Source: Saccostrea cucullata
Lineage: Eukaryota
Assembly (NCBI RefSeq): GCF_032062105.1
Contig: NW_026923278.1
Coordinates: 62,001-126,000 of the forward strand
Direction of reading: 5' to 3'
DNA length: 64,000 bases
Both the position numbers and the translations under genes were made by a program. This document shows positions 54,355 through 64,000 of the stretch, piece by piece; the stretch's first letter is position 1; each line of letters begins with the position of its first letter. Under the pieces are notes generated by a model, which was not told where the DNA came from, ran no database searches, and saw nothing but the letters and a program-made list of their open reading frames with translations.

Positions 54355-55238
54355 AGCCAAAGTTGTTGATCAAAATCTCAATAAAATATTGCAATAAAGG
54401 AGTACTTCTTTAAAAGTTTTGATATCTTCTCACATACACTAGAGACTGCCCCATCCTACTGTTATCATCACTTCAATTTAAAATAAGTTCGATCTATGAA
54501 ATGTATATTTATTTCAGTCTCCATGATTTGAGACATGAGCTCGATCGTGAGTTCACGTTGTGTAATAACACAGCATCAAATTCAAGGTATACGGAGCTTG
54601 GTTGCCACTTCCGAAAGGATACTACGTCTTGGTGATTTCTAGAAATGTACCCTCGACTTGAAAAATTGTGTCACACTGGTTTTACAAGTTGTATATGTAT
54701 TTAATCTAAACATGTTTGGAATTCTTAAATCTTGAATTTACTTCAAGACAAGTTTGTCGTTACACAAACTGTACAGCTCGTCATGAAAAACAACTACTTT
54801 CCAGTTTTAATAGATTTATTTAATAACTATGCGTTTGGTACAAAAGACATTTAGTACTACAGTGTAATATTAAGAACTTTGGTAGTAGTTGTCAATTGTT
54901 AAACACATAGGTTTTCCATTGGAAATGAATTTAACAGTGCTTCAACCAACTAAAAATAATCGTTTTGCAAGAAACAATACTTCTTCTGTTGTTGAAAATG
55001 ACACGAAAATATCGAACACGTCATAATTTTCCAGACACTGTCTGCACGAAAACATACGTGTTCAATGTTTAATCTGCACAGCTGGTTTGTTCAGTGATCT
55101 TCGATGACACAATAGCGTTCTATGAATATTGGATCTAAATATGACTCGACCTTCACTTGATTTTGGTCAAAATGTTTTGGTCTGTCTTCCCGGGGGTAAT
55201 CCGGTGCGTTCTTTATCTCCGCAAGACAGCCTTTAAGC

Positions 55239-58200
55239 ATGGACACGTGGTGGATAATCCTCACAGGGTTGTGTTTCAAGATTTGCGGTAGGTATCTTAA
55301 TCACTCTAGATTTAAAACCACATTCATCCGGGGAAAGCCATTAGAAAATTATATAGACAGTTTGGTCTCTGCATTCATATTATTCTTTGCTGTAATTCAA
55401 AGATGAATGACCGACACCACCGGTACGTGATAAGAGATGTCCTGTAAGATGATATACGCAATTTAGAGTAAAACCATTTTGGAATTGTTTTGGATTGATT
55501 TAACAAATAGTTTTGCTGTAAAGGAATACAAGAAAGTAACAAGTACTTTAGCTTGTCATAAGCGAATATGTGCGTCAGTGTAAGATCTATCTTAGTGTTC
55601 ATTCCCTTTCTTTCAATTCCTCTTCCCTTATGCTCTTTTGTGATGGAGTTTACCTTTATGCGACCCCGGGAATAAAATCTTGTTGTAACCTGAAAACATG
55701 ACCCAATCCTCCCTTGCTCCTACTCTTGTTTCTCAGGGACAGGGGCCAGGTGTTATTCTTTTTCATATAATTGAATTCTTCGTTGTAGATGGACTTTGTC
55801 CAGAAGATAAGTATGCAATTTCTCCATTGGAAGACACATATGCTGTGATTACTGTATTTGTCAGCTTTCATGATTTTTCAGTATACAGAAAGAGCTCTAT
55901 AATGGTGTTCTTGAAGCATTTGAGGTTGCAATTGATTCTAAGGTATCCATAAACTCCCAAGTGACGCAACACCTACCCTGGATAATGATATGCGGAACAG
56001 AACTTGTTTTCAGTTACTATCTGTGTTTATTTTTGATTCCAAAAAGTTAACTCTTGATCGTTTTCTATACTTTTGTTGATTAGCAGATCTGCTTTTTGTG
56101 TTTCATATGAAGCAGAATCTATTCAAAAACTTCTATATGAAAAGAAACCTCTTTCTTGCCTTCAACTGGACATTTCGATACATGTATGGACAACGTTGTC
56201 AATCAACGATACCGGGGTATTTAATTTCATTTCTACGTTGAGTTTATATATTTTAATTTAATCAATATTTTATTATGTAAAATTTCATAATTGGATTGGA
56301 CATCAGGCATGGCCTATATAAGTCCTCTCCAAAAGTTTATATATCTCTTATAACTCAAAGTAAAAGTAGAGGTACTGTGAGGACTGAGTTCACGAAATGA
56401 TACCCCCGCCTCCCATATGATTTTAAGAGCAATGTCCATGTTTTTATGGGAGACCCGATGTGTACAATGGCACTGTGCAATAAAGAACCCGTGAAAATAT
56501 TATTAAACTTTATTCAGTTGTAAAGGAGGAGTTGCAGAAAAGAGTTTGATACCCCTCAATATTATAGAAAGAATAGCCATTTCCATGTTTTGCTAATGGA
56601 AAGCTGAAATATGTATCCAATCAGAAAGTAAAATATGAGGTGCACAGTGACACTGAATGGGATTTGATGAGATGTTCACAGAATCTTTGTTACATGGTGC
56701 AATTGTGCACCTCCTATTTTACCTTTTGGTCGGAGACAAATTTCGGGTTTCCCATAGCAAAACATGGAAATTGCAATTCTTTCTGTAATATTGAGGGGTG
56801 TCCATCCTTATCCGCAATTCCTCTTATTTAACTTGTTGATCTGACACTTAATTTGGGTCTCCAATAGCAATTATTGCCATTATAATCATATGGGAGGCGT
56901 GGGTATCATTTCGTGCCTCAGTGCTCATAGTGCCTCTAGTTATGTTTCTGCTTTGACCATCAAGAGAGTTCCATGTTGCTCTTGGGATGATCTTGTGTAT
57001 GAATATGGCACTATCACTGTCAAGGCCGTTTGTCTGGCAAAACATTATGTTAAGTCTTTCATCATTGTTGTAACTTTCTCCCGGCCCTTGTTCAGTGTTT
57101 TTACTTTCTTTCCTTTCTTTCTTTTTTTTTGGGTGACCCGACTTCATGTCAGAAAACATGCATTTGTGTTTTATCAATCATCGTTTGAAGGTTTTGATAA
57201 ACAGTCTTTCTCTTCATCCTGAGTAATCTCTGTTAGACCTTTGCAAACAATGAGTTTAAGGTCAAGATCTAGTAAATGAAAGGTGCCTACACATTTATCA
57301 AACTTGAGAAATAAATTCCTTTATTGATGCATTACAACTTTAGCTTGATCGAATAATGTGTTTCGGGACATAATTTGTAGATAAACAAGATGAAAAACTG
57401 TATTTTAAACTGTCATTTTCAATGAAAAATTAAGAAAACCAGTCATGAATATGGGAGTTTTTCTCATATTCGACAAAGGAAATGTATCCAGATTGCCTAC
57501 AGTCTCTCAGAAAACGGTAATTAGTATGTTCATGGCCTCTTCTTTTAATCAATATCAAATTTAATATAGGCATCCGGTTTACTTTTCATATGATTTCAAC
57601 TTGAATGTCATGAAAATACTCTATTTTCTACATAATTCTGCTAAAGCCCTTAAGTACGGGAAAAAGAAAGTTGAAATTGATTATGACGTCATAATGGATC
57701 TAGCACCAAAAAGTAGTCTCAAGTTATTTACTAGATCTTGACCTTAAGTTTGTTGTGTATTGTCTTGGTGAATTATTAATCTTTAGCTGGGTTAACATTC
57801 TAGTATGTAAAATGCCATCTCTTTACTATGATGGTCATGTGATCTTCCTGAATTGAGGATGTTGCATCCAAATGAAAAGTACACATTAGTACCATTGATT
57901 TTTCAATTGGTCTGACTACAATTTCCATTCAGCTTGATTTAAGGAATTTTAGGGCGGTCCCATTCTCTGGTGGAGGATCGGTAGATTCCTACAGTTCAAT
58001 CCATCTGTTGATTTAGGATGGAATTTGTCTGTTATTGAGCATTTTTTTTTCTGTTGAGTTTGACTGACAACCTTATCATGTACGTAATGCATATATCCTT
58101 CTTTCAGATGTTTGTTCTTTGATTAAGATTTCTTTGGCGTTGCTATATTAACATGACAGGGTTCTAACTGTTCTTGCTCATAACCTTCCAAAGCCGGAAT

Positions 58201-61200
58201 TTTGATAATAATTAATTGACGTGAACCAAATTCTATTACTTTCAGCGGGAGATGCCACCCTCAACAAAAGCACAACCCATGGTCACGTAACAACCACACC
58301 AACATCTTTAAATTTAACAACCCACAAGCCAAACCCGTATGCAAATAAGACTGAATGTTTTCCATATGTTGGTTGTTTCGATAATTTCCCTCCATTCGAT
58401 AACACTGATTTAGATTTGCCTCGGTCTCCTCAACAAATCGGTACTGAATTTTTACTCTTCACAAGAAGAAACTGGAATACCTCCCAACATCTGAATTATA
58501 CATCACTGTCCTCCGTAACAAACTCATTTTACAAAGGCATCCTCAAAACCAAAATTATAATTCATGGATTCACCAATTCCATCAAGACAAAATGGCTGTA
58601 CGATATGAAAGATGCTCTTCTCAAGAAGGTAAGTCATTCTTTTTATTTAATGTCTTTTAATGAATAAAAGTGAAATTGAATTCAATCAGAGATGACAAGG
58701 CTAAAATCACTGCAAAAGGTATATACAGTAAAACTCGGTTATAACGAAGTATATAAATCACTTCGCTATATCCATGGTATGAATTCATCAAATTCATATA
58801 GTGCAAAATAATATATATTTTTTGTACTGATTGTACTACATGGTGTAAGTGCATTATATTTTTTGACTGATTTAACGGGGAAAATGTCACTATTCAAAAT
58901 TCCCTTGTTCAAAATTAAAAGGTTTCCATTTAAAGGATATTTAATATAGATACAATGATAAAAAATATCGTATCGCAATACGATTTTGTAATATCGATAT
59001 ATTGGCAATATGCTTAGATTAAGGAATTATGTCATTAAATATAAAAATGGACTTATGAAAGTTTGTTATTAAGCCAAATAGTAAGACAGAAGTTGTTTTT
59101 TGGGAACATTTCCGAGCATAACTTAAATGAAATCAACAAGATTTTTTTCTGTGTTGGTTACTTATCATAGTTATGTACATTCTGCATGTAAATTAGAGTA
59201 AATATAGTAAGAAAATGCCATTTAAATTACATTGAAAATATTGCAATACATATCGCAATACAGTTTAAAATATCGCAATATATCGCAATACGAAATCTCG
59301 GGCCAATACCCAGCCCTACATTTAAAGGTTAAATAGTGTTCACAATTTCCTCTGACAGGGGGACTTTAATGTTATTATCGTGGCATGGGGTAGAGGAGCC
59401 ACTGCACCTAACTATAACCAGGCTGCGTCTAATACCCGAATGGTGGGGACCCAGCTTCGCCTGATCATTGACATGTTGGTAAGAGCAGGTGCCAAGGTGA
59501 GCGATATGCATCTGATTGGTCACAGTCTTGGCGCCCATACAGCAGGCTACACAGGACGACTTCTGCATGGCAGATTAGGAAGGATAACGGGTAATCTATA
59601 AATTCCGTATACATGTAGATATATATCCTGTAAGTCTCCGTAATCATCGCATGCAATAGGTTAATGTCCATTCTTATTCCGACAACCTACCTTCAACTAA
59701 GCTGCAACTATATTTATGGAATTAGAATCGAAACTGAATCATGGATTGCGATGATGATAATATGGTTCGTTAAACAGCTAAAGACATCTCTTGGTTTCAT
59801 ACTAGGTATGGATCCTGCAGAACCCGACTTCGAACATCTCTCTGTTGGCATTCGATTGGATCCTGACGATGCTAATTTTGTTGATGTCATACATACAAAT
59901 GGTGCACCATTTTCTAAGCTTGGTTACGGTCTTATGCAAGTTTCCGGTCACGTGGATTTCTACGTCAATGGAGGTGAAAAGCAAACTGGGTGTCCAAATC
60001 AAATAGGTGGACTATTCAACACCATCTTTACCTTTAATACTTCAGGTATACATTTTATACAGAAACGTTTTTTTTAAAATCCTCTTCGGTCTTTCCGCCA
60101 CATTTTTATTTTTTAAAAATACATTTTTCTAGCTATGTCAAATACGGCATGTTTTGTCAGTTCAGAAAATTCTCTCCATTGTTTTGTTTAAGATACATCA
60201 GGGATTTGTGGATTAAACGTGTATATATAATTTAAATATTTTTAGACTTCTTTTTCCTTTAGACTTTTTCATGCGAAAAACTAATTAAAATCCGCACTTC
60301 AGCAGGAATCTTTCTTTTTCAGTCATTGGAGAGGCTATTGCTTGTAGTCATGGTCGTTCTCATGTGTATTTCACTGAGTCCATATTGACGGATTGTCCGT
60401 TTACAGCTTACCCTTGTGACAATTACGTAGGTTGCAACCATCTGCTCGCTCATTTCCTCTGAGATTTTTTTCAAATGAGTTACCTGCAAATTAAGATAAG
60501 TCTAATGTTTTAGGAAAATTTTACTCATGGTGAGTGCATGACGTGCGGAACCAGAGGCTGCTCGGAGTTGGGATATTATGCGGATCAGTACTCGGCGAGG
60601 GGCAAAATGTACCTCATGACTGTAGATAGAAATCAGGGGCCATTCTGTGGTAAGTATTGGATGTGATATATATGGTGGTCTCACTGTTTTCCTATCTTTG
60701 ACCTTTAATAGCAAATGAAAACGGAAAAAGGAATACTAGTATTCACTGATATATTTTTTTGAATGAATATACAATGATGTCCCCAGTCTTGCCTCCTAAA
60801 GTTCGTTTGCATTTAAATTAATCTCTCTACTTTTAATAGGTTTTCACTATGTGATTAAATTTGATCTTGGAAGAACCGACACTTATGGCACTCTTTTTAT
60901 CACACTTCACGGGGATTTTGGTAACAGCCATTCCATCGCCTTTACTGAGTAGGTTCTTTAATATTACACTATGGTAGAGAATAACATTTAAGAAAATGAG
61001 GGAAGGATTCATTCGTGGAAAAATGACCTTTTCCCTTTTTTTCAACTTCTTTTTTTTTTTTTAGGAAAGATAGCCATCTTAAAACAAACGGTGTACTTAC
61101 AAAAGTCGTCGCCGTGCCCACAGAGGTTGGAGAGGTAACGTCTGTGGACTTACTTTACAAGAAGAAGGGAGGCTGGTTGTTTAGCTTTGGAGGTGGTGCT

Positions 61201-62044
61201 GCTCAAATCGAAGTTGTGTCCATTTCTGTTATGTCAGGAGAACTGGGCACCAGGTAAAATATTAGTTGTTTAAAATATTTTTTCCAGTGGCCATGGATTC
61301 TTTCTATAACAATCCCTGGTTTGAAAAGCGGGGATATATAGTGATGGGATTTCTGTCTGTGACACTGGAGAATTCATATCTCATATCCCAACTCCTCCAA
61401 TACCACTAAATAAAATGTAATGAGACTTTATTACTTACTGTCAATTTGCGTATTCCGATTGGACAGATATTAGGGGTTTCCCACAGAAAAAAGGACACTT
61501 TGGGCGAATTCACCATGCATCGGACACCCTCGTACTAACAAGTTCTAAGGCTATCGCTACCACATGTGGGGGCGGGATTTCATTTAATTTGTGCTTCTAG
61601 ATTAAAATTCATACTGAATGTAAATCTCTACAATAATTTTTATTTAAAATTCTTGGATGGAACATTTAATTTTCTACATTAAAATTTGAAGAGGAGATGC
61701 ATGCAACGGCTATTTGGAAAAAGTAAACACTGCCATTCAAATTACTGTTTCTATTACCAATTATAGTACTCATGTTGGTATTTTCCAATGAAAAATTTCT
61801 TTAGTAAGTTATGGACATATTGGCAAGATCGGAATATATGTGCATTGGAAAGAATATTTCGTGATCTCAATTGGCTGCTGATTTAGATGAAAATAATGAT
61901 GATTTTTTTTATGTATCTCGACAAAGATTTTTTCCAACTTTATCAGTTCTTTTTTTTTTTTGCAGTTCTTCCTTTTGCGTGCGTAAATCGATACAAGACG
62001 GACACTCTGTCAGAATCCCAAAACAAGTCGTCCCCGTATGCTAA
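55239..62044 (+). CDS. Pancreatic lipase-related protein, copy 3
   Basis: 9 exons: 55239-55287 (MDTWWIILTGLCFKIC, inferred signal exon, phase-compatible), 58246-58628, 59359-59590, 59806-60045, 60323-60426, 60514-60649, 60840-60948, 61065-61253 and 61966-62044. IHGF, GHSLG, MDPAEP, CSHGRSH, PLAT. aataaa at ~62106. Confidence 0.9.
56365..56942. mobile_element. Inverted pair of Helentron/HINE-like termini in lipase-3 intron 1
   Basis: aagtagaggtactgtgaggactgagttcacgaaatgatacccccgcctcccatatgatt (56365-56423) versus its near reverse complement at 56884-56942. Confidence 0.6.
58960..59318. mobile_element. hAT-like MITE fragment (..gccaatacccagcccta end) with atcgcaata repeats
   Basis: The reverse complement begins TAGGGCTGGGTATTGGC. 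Multiple (t)atcgcaata subterminal repeats. A second fragment, tacagtaaaactcggttataacga, lies at ~58724. Confidence 0.5.
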
Positions 62045-64000
62045 GGTTCAAGTGGTCCTCGCATCTCTCCAGTACCCAGTCTAAGGAATGTACAACGTCA
62101 CGGAAAATAAAAATAAAGGTTTACGGTGTTGTGTTTCAGCATTTTTTTTAAAAGATACCCTCTTCTTTCCTGAACGACAATCTTGAGTAAACAGCTGTTA
62201 ATGGGAGCTTGAATTACAACTCTCATGGTCCAAAAGCTTTAATTGTGTCTCCTATTCTCCAAAGCGACACCATATACTAGTACCTCCATGTACTCAAGAT
62301 TGCAAGTCCTCTGCAGAATGACAACTGAAATTATATTTGACGCAAACTTTAAGCTATAAATATTTTCTTATCAAAATGATTTATGAGGGAACCTTTAACC
62401 ACTATATCACGATATAATAGTAGATTCTAATTCCTCGATCAAGTACTTATGTATACAGAGTACTATACAACATCAAGCTGCAATATGATTAGGCGGTTGA
62501 AGGGCTTGGCACTTTAAAGCAGTGTATGAAATTATCTCCTTCAATTTAAGGTTTTATATACGTTAGGAGAGACACGCACCTGTGATTAAATCAGATAAAA
62601 AAGCGAAAGAGGAAGTAAAATCATTGCCGAATTCTGCTAGCTCCTGGGAATCATGTGCCGTATCTTCCAGAACGGGATGATATTATGGTGAATACAAATA
62701 AAACTTAGTCTTTCCTGTTGGATTTTTGAATAAAATGGTGAGTATCACGGAAGATATATATGAACAATATTGAGTCTGATCTCGAAATGTTATCTCACAT
62801 GCATGTCTGTATACAAGATATGTGGTAGCCTTAAAACAGTGCTTCACACGTGTAAATGTCTGACGATTCTTAGATGCAATGTAGAAAAATATTTTGTAGA
62901 CTGTGTATGATCCTTATTTACATGGTTAAAGTGAAAACCAAACATTAATTGTCAGGTCAGATTGTTATAAATCTCTGGCTTTAAATCTGACATACTTCTG
63001 TCTATGACAGAGGAACACCTTTTGAATCTAAAAATTACTTAGTCAAGTGCTTACAAATAGCAAGTTTAAGGCATAAGAAAATATATAATTAGCTAGTTTT
63101 ACAAATCAAAACAAACATGATCTTAGGACCTGAAATTCCCACCCTGAATGATTTGGTCATGGTAGAACGAAGTATGTTGATGTATGTTTTAAAACTGTCT
63201 GCGGTAAGGAGACATATTTTGTTTTAATGAGCTCCATACAGCCTGCAGGAAACCATCACTTAGGAAAACACAGAGGATAATTGCTTGTCGCTGTTGTTAT
63301 ATATATATACAATTTACTGTCAATAAATCACGAACATTAATGGCGATGTAGACGGGGTTTTCAGCTAACGAAATAGAAATACCCGTGTTTTGGGAATGAA
63401 ATGGTAAAAAGGTCACTGAGAACAAAAATCACGGTAATAAAGACAATTCCATTTACTTTGGTAGTTGAACTTATACAGAAAGTCGCAATGTACGCAGGGT
63501 AAATATTTGCAAAAGTATCTTATGTTAAAGGACTGGAGTTAACATACCGTAAATCTATCCAGTTAAAAGTTTGTTGGGAAAAGAAACCTGAATTTTCTGC
63601 TATGTGCGGTAAAAGATTGGGTGTATAGAACACGATTGAACTTATTCAATACCTGAATATGCTGAAGTTGAAAAGGATTTTTAAAAATATATTATCTTTT
63701 AAATCTTCTGTTTGCTTTGTTGTAAGATAGATTTTTAGAAAATGCAAACATTTTCCTTGTGGTGGAAAATATGTCATGTGAATCTCGCTTTCAAGGTGAA
63801 AATGATATGCGAGACATTTGCAAAATAAATGATTGAGGGCTTCATTGAATCTTTCGTTTATCAAACAGTAAGCAGCTTGCAACTTTCAGCTTTCGGTTCG
63901 CGTTCATCTACCGTATGCCAATGCCAGACATGAGTATTTTTACAAAATATGTGTCGGATCAAAAAGTAAAATAGGAGGCACACTTTTCAAGCGGGGGGTA

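Noticed and set aside
56848-57222. Overlapping 109-110-aa ORFs in lipase-3 intron 1
   Set aside because: They overlap a repeat terminus and a T-rich low-complexity tract, with no homology cues.
58108-58160. Candidate first exon of lipase 3 (cag|atgtttgtt..)
   Set aside because: All three frames hit stops. The exon at 55239-55287 gives a better signal peptide with the correct phase.

Overview
AT-rich eukaryotic genomic DNA with short GT-AG introns. The Helentron/HINE-type repeats, tRNA-SINEs and gene content point to a bivalve, probably an oyster (inference). From left to right: (1) the 3' exons of a probable DLGAP5/HURP gene (+); (2) an intronless profilin (-); (3) a ~13 kb transposon graveyard with four layers of nested DNA elements showing readable TSDs, plus a decayed Gypsy gag split by a palindromic cluster of Harbinger-type MITEs; (4) a type II membrane F-type-lectin-domain gene with a degenerate fucose-binding motif (+); (5) three intact pancreatic-lipase-family genes (+). 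Embedded in the lipase cluster on the opposite strand is a ~34-exon gene for a ~2,000-aa secreted mosaic protein: signal peptide, PAN/Apple, EGF, 2xTSP1, half SRCR, 26xTSP1, and a CASPR/neurexin-IV-type fibrinogen-like domain. This mosaic gene is the most unusual coding feature. No CRISPR, rRNA or bona fide tRNA genes were seen. Exon boundaries were read by eye and may be off by a few bases.
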